Shown here in pieces: positions 20,322 through 32,438 of a DNA stretch of 64,000 bases; positions within the stretch are counted from its first letter, which is position 1, and the number at the start of each line of letters is the position of its first letter. The position numbers and the translations under genes were made by a program. The notes below the pieces were generated by a model. That model was not told the origin of the DNA. It made no database searches and was given only the letters and a program-made list of their open reading frames with translations. Source of the DNA: a virus (lineage: Duplodnaviria; Caudoviricetes); IMG/VR virus record IMGVR_UViG_3300044856_000241, positions 96,001-160,000 of that record; one strand, 5' to 3'.

Positions 20322-20921
20322 GTAAACTATGATAAAACTTTATATTTCATGTTTCTTTACATATGACCATGTAATATATTCTGGCGGTTGACCACAGATT
20401 TTAAACATTGTTACATTCTTACACCCAGATCTGATCAATCCATTTGCCTTTATTCTACCCTGACTTATATCATCAAAGTCGTCAAAAATCCAAGGTTCCG
20501 TTTCCGTAAATCCATTTCCGATTTTATCATTATAAGCAACTGCATACCTTTCGTTTTTCATAATTTATTTTCCATTCCATTTTTAAAACCTAGATTTCTT
20601 CTAAAATTGTCGCCACTCTGCTCATAATTATTTGTCTTTTATGGTTCTCAAAATCATTTTCTGCTCCTGTATAGCTATAATCTGGCAACCATCCTCTAGC
20701 AATATTTCTGATTTCTTGTGCTAATTCATCATTTGTCATTTCTGAAATTTCTTTTGATTGAGCATCATAATCTTCTTTATCATATTCCGTTACTGTATAT
20801 GTTCTCATATTTTATTATCTCCCTTCGAAAACTTGGTTTCAATCTATTATTTTATATTACATTATTCTCTGTCTACTTGCAAGAAAACGGTCTGCCAAAA
20901 ATAAGGCAGACCGTTTTATAT

Positions 20922-21536
20922 TTAATGTAAACTATAAGCTAAAGAAAGATAATAATTATCTGGAGACTCATCTTTAAATTTCTGAATATCACGTTTTAAT
21001 TCTTCATAATATTCATCTGAAATCTCTTTTCTTGTATCCCAGTCATACTTATCTCTATCTACACGATAAATACCACCACGCTGACTCTCATCAAAATAAG
21101 CAAGATAACAACGGTTTGATTTACTATCCCATTCAAGTAAAGCAATCTGCCGATTAGTTTTGGTCTCAAAAAACGCTGGTGCCCCATATGGATATGTTCT
21201 TGGGTTAACTTTCAAATACACAGAACGTTTCTCTTCTGGCTTACTCTGATCAAGCATTTTCTGACTATGTTTTGCTTTTTCTGCAAATTCATCATACACT
21301 ACTTTATAAGGGCAAGAAGTAACATCTAACCACTTACCTCCGTCCGGCATAATTATATGATTATTACTACATAAACGAGATTTTCCATTTACATCAAAAT
21401 AATAACGCTCAGTTGTATAATTACCTAACGGATATGTCGTATTATAATTTGTTCTTGTTCTCTGATTCTGAATTGCTGCTCCTGCTTTAAGTCCACCTTT
21501 TGCTGCTAATGCTGCTAAAAAGAATAATCCTGCCAT
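20922..21536 (-). CDS. hypothetical protein with N-terminal hydrophobic segment
   Basis: MAGLFFLAALAAKGG; followed by hairpin terminator 20884-20918. Confidence 0.65.
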   Translation of the reverse strand: MAGLFFLAALAAKGGLKAGAAIQNQRTRTNYNTTYPLGNYTTERYYFDVNGKSRLCSNNHIIMPDGGKWLDVTSCPYKVVYDEFAEKAKHSQKMLDQSKPEEKRSVYLKVNPRTYPYGAPAFFETKTNRQIALLEWDSKSNRCYLAYFDESQRGGIYRVDRDKYDWDTRKEISDEYYEELKRDIQKFKDESPDNYYLSLAYSLH

Positions 21537-21915
21537 AATATTTGTCCTCTCTTTCTTATCTTATACTTTCTTATCTTGTTAACTTCTCTAATTTATTTTG
21601 ATATCTTGTTACCCAACGTCGGGCACTTATAAATGTTTTACATTCCACAAAATATGGTATATTCGGATCTAATGTATTAGACACTCCGTACTTGCCTTTA
21701 TAATTCTTTTCAATATAAACTAATTTTTCTCCAAATTTAGCACACCATGTAGTATGTTCTCCATTTTCGTCAAATTCTGTCATTACGTCCCAATCAAATT
21801 TCATTTATATCACCCATTTTCTTAATTATACATCGAATGTTGTCTAATTTCAATACTTTTCCCATCTAATTATCAGACAATATAAGCTAAATTTCCATTT
21901 GAAATTCATCTTTCA

Positions 21916-22266
21916 TCAGTTCCATCGATTTCTAATTTTTCCGTAATCAATTTGCCCCATAACCTGTTCTCTGTACCACTCCAACTCATGTGCTTGGCTG
22001 CACTGGTCACAATAATCATCCAGATCATCATAAAATTCTTCATCATCTTCCAGATACCAATCCATCCATTCGTTTTCCGTTTCATCAAACATCTGAAGTC
22101 CACCGGTATTTGCAAAATCTGGTTTAAGATTTTCCTGTAACTGGAACATATCGTATGCTGCTAACATATCAATTACTTTTTTACCCTCTTCCGGTGACTC
22201 AACCGGAACATAAAATGTTTTGCTTGCTCCTACCTGTGGAATCCACCATACTCTCAATTTACTCAT
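21916..22266 (-). CDS. superinfection-exclusion gp17-like protein
   Basis: KLRVWWIPQV...FYVPV.SPEEG...LAAYDMFQ motif. Confidence 0.6.
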   Translation of the reverse strand: MSKLRVWWIPQVGASKTFYVPVESPEEGKKVIDMLAAYDMFQLQENLKPDFANTGGLQMFDETENEWMDWYLEDDEEFYDDLDDYCDQCSQAHELEWYREQVMGQIDYGKIRNRWN

Positions 22267-22663
22267 TATACTCTACCTCTCTTTCTTATCCACAATATGC
22301 TACATCGCAATGATCAAACACTTTTATCATATTAACATTATAATGCTCTACTTCATCTGCCGTAATCAAAGGTTCTTTATATTGATGATAGTCGAACTGC
22401 CGGAATCCATATCTCGGATCATACTCACCAGCATACCATCCATCATCAATTTTGTCGACCTCTAACTCACAATTACAACTCACCCATGATTTTGCTTCAT
22501 TAATAATACTAATAAGTTGAAGCTCTTTTCTGTTGAATTTTTTATTTGTCATTATAATACCACCTTTCGTGTACAACAAAACGCCCACCTTAGTATTCTC
22601 TATACCAAAGTGGACGTTCCAGTTTTAATTTATTGTTCTTTTTAAATTTCAATGTAGTCTTTT

Positions 22664-22963
22664 TCAGGAAGAAAAATCTGCGAATTCCCAAATATCACCA
22701 CCAGAAATCCATTCTCCTTCATCATCGTATTCGTTTTCTTCTACGTAATATTCAGTCACCTCATAATATCTTCCATCACTGTCTCTTTCATAAAATGTGG
22801 ATTTGAAATCTTTTAATGCATCTAATGCATCTTCTTTTTTGTCAAAAGTCTTTAATATACATGGACTTAATACAAATCGTTCGTCAATATTTAACGTGCA
22901 TCCAGGTTTAATATCTTCTTTTTTATCAATAGCAACTGTATTTCTTCTTAATTCATATACCAT
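22664..22963 (-). CDS. hypothetical acidic protein
   Basis: SD GAGGAGG. Confidence 0.6.
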   Translation of the reverse strand: MVYELRRNTVAIDKKEDIKPGCTLNIDERFVLSPCILKTFDKKEDALDALKDFKSTFYERDSDGRYYEVTEYYVEENEYDDEGEWISGGDIWEFADFSS

Positions 22964-23035
22964 TATACTACCTCCTCTGCTTTATAATTATATAACTATT
23001 TATGTTTTTCCACAACAAAAAAATGTTAAATTTCA

Positions 23036-23587
23036 TCACTGATAAATCGTCCTGCAATAGTGCTTGATACCTTCGTAAGTTCTTCCCATAGTTTCAGCAA
23101 TCTGTCTATATGACATTCCCTTCCGCAACATTCCTAACATTAGGGTTCGATCCTGTTCTGTAAATTTCTTTCTGTGGTTTCTGATCTTGTAATTCAGTTT
23201 CTGCTCACGCACCCATTCTGGTTGCGGAACAATAAAATTTTCCTGGAAGTTAGCCCAATTAATTTTATCCTTATATTTCTCAGCCCATTCCCAAAAATCT
23301 TCAGAATCAATCAAGTATCTTGTTTGCGTTTCACACACTACTTTCTTAGCAGGAAGTCCAAGTTTCTCAATCCATCTAATCGGAACTGTTGTATCTACGC
23401 AAAAACATTTTGCAATCATTTTAGCACTTAGATAATCAGTGTAATAATGCTTTAATCCTATTTTAGCAGCCTTTTTCTGCACAGATTGTTTAGTTCGATT
23501 TAACTTTTCGGCAGTCACAATCACCGGTTGCTTCAGATATCTGCTTTTCAGATAATTTACTTCCTGTTCTGTCCACTCTCTTCTCAT
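23036..23587 (-). CDS. Myb/HTH-like DNA-binding protein
   Basis: WTEQE..YL...A..LNRT..SV and FTEQD...SYRQIAETMGRT repeats. Confidence 0.65.
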   Translation of the reverse strand: MRREWTEQEVNYLKSRYLKQPVIVTAEKLNRTKQSVQKKAAKIGLKHYYTDYLSAKMIAKCFCVDTTVPIRWIEKLGLPAKKVVCETQTRYLIDSEDFWEWAEKYKDKINWANFQENFIVPQPEWVREQKLNYKIRNHRKKFTEQDRTLMLGMLRKGMSYRQIAETMGRTYEGIKHYCRTIYQ

Positions 23588-23811
23588 TTACACACCTAAT
23601 AACTTTCTTATGAACTGTTTAATATTTACAGAACCTTCAGATACTTCACGTTGTTCTTTCCGTTTCTGAATTTTCATATAATTCAGTTGTACGTCAGCTT
23701 CCATATACTCTTGCATCTGAACAGGAGTTAAACTACTATACGGTGTGCTCATTGATGTGTCAAATATATCTACATCTCCATTATGAATAATTCTAAATCC
23801 AAACATTTCCA

Positions 23812-24120
23812 TTATACAATCTCCTTTGCAATACTGTCATCCAAGTAATCTTCCTGTCGTTCTCCAAATGGAATATGCAGATCGCCAACAACCTGGAACG
23901 GAATATTATTTGATTTTAGCAGCTGTTCAAAATAATCTCCAATGCACAATGTATTATCTTCAGCCTCCAGGAACATTATGCTTGCTAACCGCGCATATCT
24001 GAATACTGCTGTTTCGCTTTCTTTAGGAATCATATATACAACCGGCTCTACACCATATTCATCTTCCGGTTCCAAATCATATGTACCATCAAAATCTAAT
24101 ACAAAAAATGTTCTGATCAT
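23812..24120 (-). CDS. hypothetical protein
   Basis: ORF, translationally coupled. Confidence 0.6.
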   Translation of the reverse strand: MIRTFFVLDFDGTYDLEPEDEYGVEPVVYMIPKESETAVFRYARLASIMFLEAEDNTLCIGDYFEQLLKSNNIPFQVVGDLHIPFGERQEDYLDDSIAKEIV

Positions 24121-24749
24121 TATTCATCTACCTCACTTTCCATTCCTTCAACTACAAGATCTAACAGTTCATATACTTCATCTTCGTGTTCTGTCATATA
24201 TTTTGCAAAACAATCATAATCTGGTTTCTCATTATTTTCTTCACAATACTCATTGTATCTTTCCCACATTGTATCTTCTACAATATGTGAATTGAATTCT
24301 TTTCCTTTATATTCCAATTCAGGATCTGCCCATGCGCCATGCCAAATAAATCCTACTTCCGGTAATCCATACCAATCTGGATATTCAACCGGTACGATTA
24401 AATGTATTCCTTGTTTTGTTATAATTGTTTTTCTTAATGTACTAAACGTAATTATCAACCTCGCTTTCTTCCAATAAAATAAGAGACCGGATATTTCCAG
24501 TCCCTTATATATTCTCTTTTGAAACCTTGCATTCATTATTCCTCAACCTCAATACAAATTCTGTCTCCATCTAAGGGGAATATATATGTTAATTCTTTAT
24601 CTCCATATTCTTCAATCTTTTTCCATATATCGTCTGCGTTTCCATCATAATAGATTGAAGCCTTGTAACCACTTCCGCAACTCTGAATTCTGACACAACC
24701 TTGTACGGTTACATTTTCTAATAAATCACGTAATGTCATCTTAACAACC

Positions 24750-25160
24750 TCACTTCCGTTCTTTGAATTTAATTCCGTTCTCTTTTAAGTATCTAATTAG
24801 AGGTTGAAAATATGCCTCTGGCTCCAGAATGTTCGGAACATTTTCTCTTGCCCATTTCAGTTTCTTTGATGTTATTTTACCTTCGTTAATTAAATAATCC
24901 AGTTCCATCATATGCAACTTATCAGCAATTTCCAAGTCGTATTCTTTATACAAATAAGTTGATGGAAGATATGTAGCCCACGTATCAATGTTTTCTAATC
25001 TTAGTTTGAGCTTCGCTACTTTAGATTCGCTTAACTCAGCAAGCATCTGAATTGCTTCTTCTTCCAGATTATTTTCTGTAAAATACCGTTTAATAATACT
25101 AATATCTGACGGACGTTCTATATATGGAGCATTCACCAATTCTTTTAATGTTACTGCCAT
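24750..25160 (-). CDS. hypothetical protein
   Basis: ORF with SD. Confidence 0.6.
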   Translation of the reverse strand: MAVTLKELVNAPYIERPSDISIIKRYFTENNLEEEAIQMLAELSESKVAKLKLRLENIDTWATYLPSTYLYKEYDLEIADKLHMMELDYLINEGKITSKKLKWARENVPNILEPEAYFQPLIRYLKENGIKFKERK

Positions 25161-25468
25161 TTTTATCTACCTGCCTTTCACTGATATATTCTCTTCGCTT
25201 CCAATACGAAAAGCAGACAACCTAAGTCATCTGCTTTTCATTAATACATATAATCAAGTAAGTTATTTACTTCACTTGCTGCCGTTTCAATACTGTTAAT
25301 AGAGGTCACTGCATATGGTTCAGTTTCTCTTAAATAATCCGCAAGTGCTTCTAACATATCCGCTACAGCATTCACAACATCATCGACACCACATTCGATG
25401 TCATTGTCTTTTAAAATCTGTTCATATTTTTCTTTCATAATTTTCTCCCTTCGAAACACAATTTTCAT

Positions 25469-25903
25469 TTACTTTGTAACTTTGTATCCTCTTTTTTCAA
25501 TTTCTGTAATCAAATCTTCGTCGGTGTATGATTCAAAATTATAATCAACAATTCCGCTTTCTTCCAACCAGCATTCATTTTCTGGATCAAAAACAAATCG
25601 CCAATTACAATTATCATCGCCAGAATATGTCATTTTACCTTCTTTGATATATGGTACCAAAGCATTTAAAAATATAAGTGTTTCATCTTCATGATATTTA
25701 TCCGTATCATAAATAGAAATCTCATTTTCATTAACAATATCAAATTCAAATTCAATTGCACACAACTCGTCCAATATATCGTTAAGTATTTCTTCAACTT
25801 GTCTAATATTTACGCCATCTTTAAATGTTGCAATTCCATCTCCATTTGCATAATATCCTACGATCTTATCCTCTCTTTCTACCATCTGAAATGCAGTTTT
25901 CAT
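25469..25903 (-). CDS. hypothetical protein (true start probably downstream of junction motif at 25888)
   Basis: ORF bounded by junction motifs. Confidence 0.6.
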   Translation of the reverse strand: MKTAFQMVEREDKIVGYYANGDGIATFKDGVNIRQVEEILNDILDELCAIEFEFDIVNENEISIYDTDKYHEDETLIFLNALVPYIKEGKMTYSGDDNCNWRFVFDPENECWLEESGIVDYNFESYTDEDLITEIEKRGYKVTK

Positions 25904-26452
25904 TTCCTACATTTTTATATTAAATGTCCTATTACTGCAGGAAACACATCAAATTTTGTACCTAAAACTGTTTTGATTTTATAATTTTTATTTTTTAAGA
26001 AGTTTATTAAAAATTGCAATTTGTCTTCTTTCTTAATATTTTTTATTCTTTCATCTAATTCTTCATAATGAGTTTTTTCTAAATATCCATAAAAGACGAC
26101 AGCAGTTTTAAGTTCTAAGATTTCAATTGCATCAATCATAATGTTCACCTCCCAAAAAATATGTTTTCATTCTTTCTTCACTTCAACTACTAACATATAT
26201 TCTTCATAATCACGAAAAACAACATAATGTTCGCATCTATCAATATTAAAATATTGTGCCATCCTTTCGTCTATTTCTGTTCCATCAAGTTCTTGCGAAT
26301 ATGATTCCGCATAATAAAAGCCACCTTTTTGTTTGACCAAATATAGCGAATTATTATCAAGAAGATTTCGCAACGTCTCTTCCGCTTCTTCTTTAGTTAA
26401 AAGCCATGAATTTTGCTTTATCATAATTTTCTACCTCCTTGAAATGTGCTTT

Positions 26453-26935
26453 TCATTTGTTTTTATTCAATATTACTTTTGCCATGCTCCAATCTTCACT
26501 ATTGATTAGCTTGACAACTTTTTGAATTATACATGCTAACTCTATATCATAAATTCTATAATGGAAAGCTGCACTGACTTCATTTCTATTACCATGGAAA
26601 TCTATATATCTATTTATATCTAAATTACCATAGTACATGTCCTTTGGTGTTGTAAAATGATGTTTTCTTTCAATAATCTCCTTCAACATTTCTAGTGGAT
26701 TATTATAAAATCCGTTAAACTTAAAATATTTCCCTTCGTTTTCTATCAACTGATCCTTTCTTGTTTTGTTCTCTTCTATCTTCCATTTATCGTCAGGCTC
26801 TCTTCGATTGAATACAAAGAATTCTTCTCCATCTTTTACCATATATGTAGGGTAATAATAGCAACTTCCTGTATATGGACTATCATCATAATATCTTTCT
26901 TTTTCTATAAATTTAATCATAAAACCGTCCTCCAA
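26453..26935 (-). CDS. hypothetical protein
   Basis: DFHGN..EVSAAFHYRIYD motif; stop overlaps junction motif. Confidence 0.65.
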   Translation of the reverse strand: MEDGFMIKFIEKERYYDDSPYTGSCYYYPTYMVKDGEEFFVFNRREPDDKWKIEENKTRKDQLIENEGKYFKFNGFYNNPLEMLKEIIERKHHFTTPKDMYYGNLDINRYIDFHGNRNEVSAAFHYRIYDIELACIIQKVVKLINSEDWSMAKVILNKNK

Positions 26936-28179
26936 TTTTTAATTTATTAGTTTGTCAAATCCTATCTTATTATTCTCTATTATGTTGTACGAAAAAAGCA
27001 GATATCGTTTTGATATCTGCTTAATTACCATCTGCTTTTATTTTTTTTTCTTTTCTATCCCTTAACAACTGTTACTCTAAAAGGTGATCCATTAGGCAAT
27101 AATGTATGACCTAAATTAATTTGCATTACCTTTTCGCTCGCTTCAGATTTCTTTTTGAAGCATATAAGTTTATCTATTTCTTGATCTGGGTTTTTAGAAA
27201 CTGTATTATCTGTCCGTAAATATCCAATACATCTACCATCATTTTCACAAGCTGCTAAATAATACATAATTAATTCTTCCTATCTTTCTCTATATCTTAG
27301 ATAATTCATATCATCAAAGTGACATCCTGCCATTGCTTCAGGTGTATCTAAATCATCATATTCAATTTCTGCATATGTTCGTGGAAGGAAACTGTCACTC
27401 TCACTTTCAAAGTCATCCCAATAAGGACATCCTTCTTCGTCATTTACATAGTATCTTTCGGTTTCTTCTTCCGTCATATCATTGTATCTTGCACACTCTG
27501 ACGTTCCTGTTGAGTAATCGTGACAAAAATATTTGCAGTTTTTACATTTTCTCATTATGCAACCCTCCATCCGATTTCTTTTTTCAACCGCTCTAATTTT
27601 GCATTTATCCAGGATTTCTTTTAGTTTTCCGTTGATAAACTCCGGTTTCTCTTTCCGCACCAGTGCATTGTATATTCTAACACATTCCTTTATATCAATC
27701 AACGATACTTTAATGCCTTTTATATTTTGTCCGTCTAACCATTTTTCAATCTACCCTCTTAATTTTTTCATATAACTCATCTCCAAATCAACTTAAATTT
27801 TCCGTTTCATAGATTTATCTTGTCCTTACACAAGTTGTAGATAATCCCCTGCAATTCTTCCATTTCCGTTTCTGAAAGATATTCACTTCTGCTAGATTCT
27901 GGAATGTCATAGATGTTGCAACTATCATTTTCAAACCAAATTTCAAAAACATAATGCCACATTCCATTATTACAATTGTATTCACAGTGGATAAAATACG
28001 GATCATCTTCTTTGTCAACCAGTTCTCCATCTCCAATATCTAAAGCAAATGAAGTATCGTCATTCCAATATGAATTACATTTAAATTTTCTTCCATTATC
28101 CCAATCTATCTCATTGAGCATATTTTCAGTTTCTATATATTTCACTTCTATCACTCCCAATTTTGAAATTTTAGATTCA

Positions 28180-28437
28180 TCAGAATTCGATAGTTGCATC
28201 TTCTGAAATATTGTCACACATGTATCCTTCGGATTCTAAATGCTCACATACTACACCAACAATACTGTCAGTATCATACTCTCCGTCATTTTCTTTCTTG
28301 TATTTTTCAATTGCATCTTTTGTTCTTTGAATGATTCCATTCGTTAATTCCTGTTTACCTTCAACTTGAATCATTGTTTCTACGTTTGTACCACAACCAT
28401 CCACATCTACATCAATAAGTTTAATAATCTGTTTCAT
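28180..28437 (-). CDS. hypothetical protein
   Basis: SD GAGG. Confidence 0.6.
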   Translation of the reverse strand: MKQIIKLIDVDVDGCGTNVETMIQVEGKQELTNGIIQRTKDAIEKYKKENDGEYDTDSIVGVVCEHLESEGYMCDNISEDATIEF

Positions 28438-28699
28438 AATATTTGCCTCTTTTTCTAATTTTGAAATCTACGTTTCAACCTATGTATATCCTTACAACCC
28501 AGTCATTAATCTCGACTGCATTTGGTGTTTGTTTCAAGTTGTTTTCTGTAAGCGGCAACTCACCCCATACGCCATATTCGTCTAACAAATGAACCTCTTT
28601 ACCTTTATTTTCTTCTATAATCTGTTTAACTGTTTTTTCTACCATATTTCCTGCCTTTCTAATCTAAAGGAATGCGAATTTCAAATACTACTTCCATTC

Positions 28700-29317
28700 T
28701 TACATATATTCGTTCATTTCGCGTTCCATATCTTTTTCATATTGTTCATTCCACCATGCAGCATCTTCTTCCCATTCCTTTTCCCTTGTTTCCTTTTCCT
28801 GTTCAAGATTTTTAATCTTACCTTTTATAAAATCTGGAATATAAATGTGCTTATATATCGTAAGTGGATTATCAAATCTTGTATAATCATCATCTGTCCA
28901 TATAATGAAACCACCAAAAGGAAGAAACTGTACCTTATCTCCTTCACTAATTACTAAAGCACACGAAGCTGATAAATCAAGGTGAATTAAACTCTTCATT
29001 TTAGGATACATATATTTTGCATTATATGATTCCTTATCAGTTTCATAATCTCTTCTAAAATGATGTTTTGTAACACAGACATACTTGCTATACATAAAGA
29101 ATTTCTTTTTTACCTTGTACTTATATTCTCCATTCTCATCTCTCCATTCTTTATCAAGCTCACTTCGAAATCCCATTGGATTAGTCTTACATTTTACTTC
29201 TGTAAGATCTTCCGATAAAGCTCTGTAGAACTCAAGCATTTTGTATTTATCGCACATTTTACGTAATTTTTCTAAGACTTTTTCAAAATTGTCTTCTGTT
29301 ACAGTAATTTTTCTCAT
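28700..29317 (-). CDS. hypothetical protein
   Basis: start MRKIT after GGAGG, bounded by junction motifs. Confidence 0.65.
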   Translation of the reverse strand: MRKITVTEDNFEKVLEKLRKMCDKYKMLEFYRALSEDLTEVKCKTNPMGFRSELDKEWRDENGEYKYKVKKKFFMYSKYVCVTKHHFRRDYETDKESYNAKYMYPKMKSLIHLDLSASCALVISEGDKVQFLPFGGFIIWTDDDYTRFDNPLTIYKHIYIPDFIKGKIKNLEQEKETREKEWEEDAAWWNEQYEKDMEREMNEYM

Positions 29318-29814
29318 ATCTGTTACCTCCGTTTCTTCTAATGAAACACGCATTTACTGCGTAATCTTTCCATTATTTTTCATTTCTTTTAATTCGGACA
29401 AAGCTGAAATCATCGTTTTATGCTATTTTTTGTCTTTACTTAATTGTGTTATATATTTCATCTCTTTTATCCCATGCAAAAATTAGAATATTTAACAATT
29501 CTTCTGGTAATTCAGATATATCCTTTATATTCATACCTGTCAGCATAAATTCGTTTTGCTTTAGCCATCTAACCACCTCATTCTGTTAAAATATATCCAT
29601 TTTCTAACATTTCTTTGATTACTATCTGTGCATATTCATCGGTCTTTGCATCTTCATCAATATATTCCACTGTACCATTTGCTAAATCTAATTTTGCAAT
29701 AACCATACCTTCTTCACTATCGTTATTTGTTTTCCATGCATTGACTATATACTTTTCTTCCTCTTCATTGAAGAAGTCGCATCTAATATCTCTCCATTTA
29801 CCCATAATTTTGTC

Positions 29815-30120
29815 TCACTTTCTAAAACATTTTTGTGTCATTACATTAAATAAATCTGAAATATTATTAACCGATTCCTTTGATTTAATTAATGTTTTAA
29901 CATCATCAACGCTCATTTCTTTTATTTCCATAAGAACCTCGTTTTGCTGTTTTAAATATTCATTTTCCATTTGCAACTTTTCTATTTCATCACAGTTATC
30001 ACAAATTTTCTTGTGTAAGATTTTATTAGCTTGTTCCAATTCTCTAATTTTCTTTCTCCACTCAATACATTTATTTTCAAAATGCTTTTCGGCAGCATCA
30101 AATTTCTTTCCTTTTGGCAT
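29815..30120 (-). CDS. coiled-coil hypothetical protein
   Basis: heptad-rich ORF. Confidence 0.6.
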   Translation of the reverse strand: MPKGKKFDAAEKHFENKCIEWRKKIRELEQANKILHKKICDNCDEIEKLQMENEYLKQQNEVLMEIKEMSVDDVKTLIKSKESVNNISDLFNVMTQKCFRK

Positions 30121-30595
30121 ATACTTTCCTCATAAACTTATCGTTTCATCATTACAAAATATATTCTCCTGTTTCTAACGATTGTGGTATTAACTGCACA
30201 TAATCTGGATGGCTTACAAATTTTACATATTTCAATATGTATTCCTCTACATTGTTGAATTCCTCTTCGTCCATTTCATTCGCATCTTTCAATCCAAGTT
30301 TGAATTTTTGTGAAACATTATTTACTGCATCCTCAATTGGATAATATTTTTTACTCATGATATTCCCTCCATTTTCCATTTGAAAATCTTGTTTCATACT
30401 TCTATTCTGAAATCTCTTCCGTAAAACAACCGGACTGATAACAATTACTCGGTGCTTCTCTTCTGCCTTCAAAAATGTCATTCTTTACAATTTCCTCAGC
30501 CTCTTCTTTATTATTTGCTTCTACTTCATAATTTCCACTGTAACATTCGCTATAAGTAACTAAATATTTTTCATGTTCAACACAATCCTTTCTAA

Positions 30596-30877
30596 TTAAT
30601 CTCTCAAATGATCACTACCGGTGGAAATATTCTCGTTTTCCATTCCATAACAGCCTTTAATTTTCTTTGTATCTCCATTATCTTTCCATGAAATATATCC
30701 ACCATAATGATATTTAACTGCTTTTACTGCTTTTTCCCATGAATACTGTACCTTCTCATGAGTTTCAACATACTCGTCCCATAATTCTTTTGCCTTATCT
30801 AATGATTCAGCAACAACTATATAATGGAACACAACACAATATCCATCAGCTGTCCATCTAACTATGAATTCTCTCAT
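30596..30877 (-). CDS. hypothetical protein
   Basis: ORF coupled to upstream gene. Confidence 0.6.
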   Translation of the reverse strand: MREFIVRWTADGYCVVFHYIVVAESLDKAKELWDEYVETHEKVQYSWEKAVKAVKYHYGGYISWKDNGDTKKIKGCYGMENENISTGSDHLRD

Positions 30878-31215
30878 TGTTCTTCACCCCACAATGCTTT
30901 ATATGCTTTAATAGCAGCTTCTCTTAATTTCACTTCCCAATTTTCATCTGAGAAATCAATCTCATATTCGTACCATTCCTGACAACCGTCGTGTTGCCAA
31001 TATCCGTTTTCATTTATAGACAATCTATAAAATGCACTACAATATTCTGTTTCTTCCGTTGAGTTATCAATACAGATATTATAATCAACCGCCTGTTTAT
31101 CGTTTCCATATTCTACATCACCCCAAGAATCATAATCTTCATGATTTATTATGGTTTCTATAATTTCATCTTTATTTACATCGCATCTATATGTAAATTC
31201 ACTCACAATACTCAC
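30874..31215 (-). CDS. hypothetical protein
   Basis: ORF in block. Confidence 0.6.
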   Translation of the reverse strand: MSIVSEFTYRCDVNKDEIIETIINHEDYDSWGDVEYGNDKQAVDYNICIDNSTEETEYCSAFYRLSINENGYWQHDGCQEWYEYEIDFSDENWEVKLREAAIKAYKALWGEEQ

Positions 31216-31442
31216 CTCGCTTTACCACGGAAAACAGTTGTACAATTCATTATTTTTAACTTCATCCATCTCAAATAAATACGCACCACTATCCCAATAG
31301 TCTTCGTCATTATCAACAATCGTCCGTTTTGGATATTCTTTTTTGAAAATTACTTTTGCTTCGTCATAAGATTTTGCAATGATAATTCCTTTATCACCTT
31401 CACTGTTCTCATATGCAAATACTTTCTTCTTTTTAAACATAA

Positions 31443-31706
31443 TCATACCTCCACAAAATCTTCGCCAAGTTTTAATCCCAACGGATACTCTGAATCATAA
31501 TGATCCGTTATACCCCATCCATTGTAATAATCATCTTCGACTACATCTTGCCAATTAATATCATTTTCTATATCCTGAACTGTCGGAAGATTTGTTTCAT
31601 CCGCAGTATCAATCCCCGCATCCAGAATTTCTTTCCGTTTCGCTTTTAATTCTGTAATGTACATTTCGCACAATTCTTTACCGCGTTCTGTAAGTTTGAA
31701 TTTCAT
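31443..31706 (-). CDS. hypothetical protein
   Basis: SD AAGGAG directly after junction motif. Confidence 0.65.
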   Translation of the reverse strand: MKFKLTERGKELCEMYITELKAKRKEILDAGIDTADETNLPTVQDIENDINWQDVVEDDYYNGWGITDHYDSEYPLGLKLGEDFVEV

Positions 31707-31797
31707 ATTGTTACTCCTTTGAAAGTTTTATTTCTACTGTATTATTCTCCATAAAAAATAAGACATTAGCGATTTGCTAATGCCTTATTTTTGGGAA

Positions 31798-32124
31798 TTA
31801 TAAGAAACTGATTATCAATTCTTTTGCTTCTTTCCATATGTATTCTGGACATTCTTCCAAAAATCTTGCGTTTCTTGCTCCTACATCAAGCATTTTTGCT
31901 TGATCACACAGTATAACGCCAGTTGTCTTTGTAGTATCATCCAGTTCTATATGGAATGGGTGTGACTTATTTCTTGTTGTAATCGGACACACAAGAACCA
32001 ATGAACTATGTTCATTTAATATGTTATTACTTAATACGATAGCAGGTCTTCTCCCATCCTGCTCATGTCCTTGTTGTGGATTAAAATCCATTAAAATAAT
32101 GTCACCTTGTTTATAATTTACCAA
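31798..32124 (-). CDS. mazF: MazF/PemK toxin
   Basis: GDII.MDFNPQ.GHEQ.GRRPAIVLS...CPITT...ILCDQ. Confidence 0.9.
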   Translation of the reverse strand: MVNYKQGDIILMDFNPQQGHEQDGRRPAIVLSNNILNEHSSLVLVCPITTRNKSHPFHIELDDTTKTTGVILCDQAKMLDVGARNARFLEECPEYIWKEAKELIISFL

Positions 32125-32438
32125 ATTTCATCACCTTTTGGAGTTCCAACATCTACTTCTTGAGTCCCTTCTACATAAATTTCATCAATCGGTTTCTGAT
32201 AGAAAGCTTCCAACCTTTCTTTTAAATTTTTGTAAACTGGATAACTGATTTTTTCAACTACCATTTTCCCGTCGTATACATTGATTTTTACTTCATCGTT
32301 TTCCTTTAGTCCCATTAATGTAATTATTTCTTTTGATAATCTAATTCCTTGGCTGTTTCCCCATTTTTTTACTGCTGTTTGTGTAGTAAATGTTTTTCTT
32401 TGAGCCAATGCGTTTGTCATAGTGCTTATATCCTCCAT
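32118..32438 (-). CDS. mazE: MazE/AbrB antitoxin
   Basis: VKKWGNSQGIRL and C-terminal G.P.G.EIW. Confidence 0.9.
   Translation of the reverse strand: MEDISTMTNALAQRKTFTTQTAVKKWGNSQGIRLSKEIITLMGLKENDEVKINVYDGKMVVEKISYPVYKNLKERLEAFYQKPIDEIYVEGTQEVDVGTPKGDEIW

Noticed and set aside
27556-27771. In-frame TAG in MKKLRG*IEKW... suggesting stop-codon reassignment
   Set aside because: Many genes end cleanly in TAG; more likely a pseudogene (it also has a probable frameshift fusing it to 27280..27555)
30402-30574. Small ORF (KYLVTYSE...EVEA.NKEEAEEIV) lacking an in-frame start
   Set aside because: One A missing after ATG; treated as decay or a homopolymer error, not programmed frameshifting
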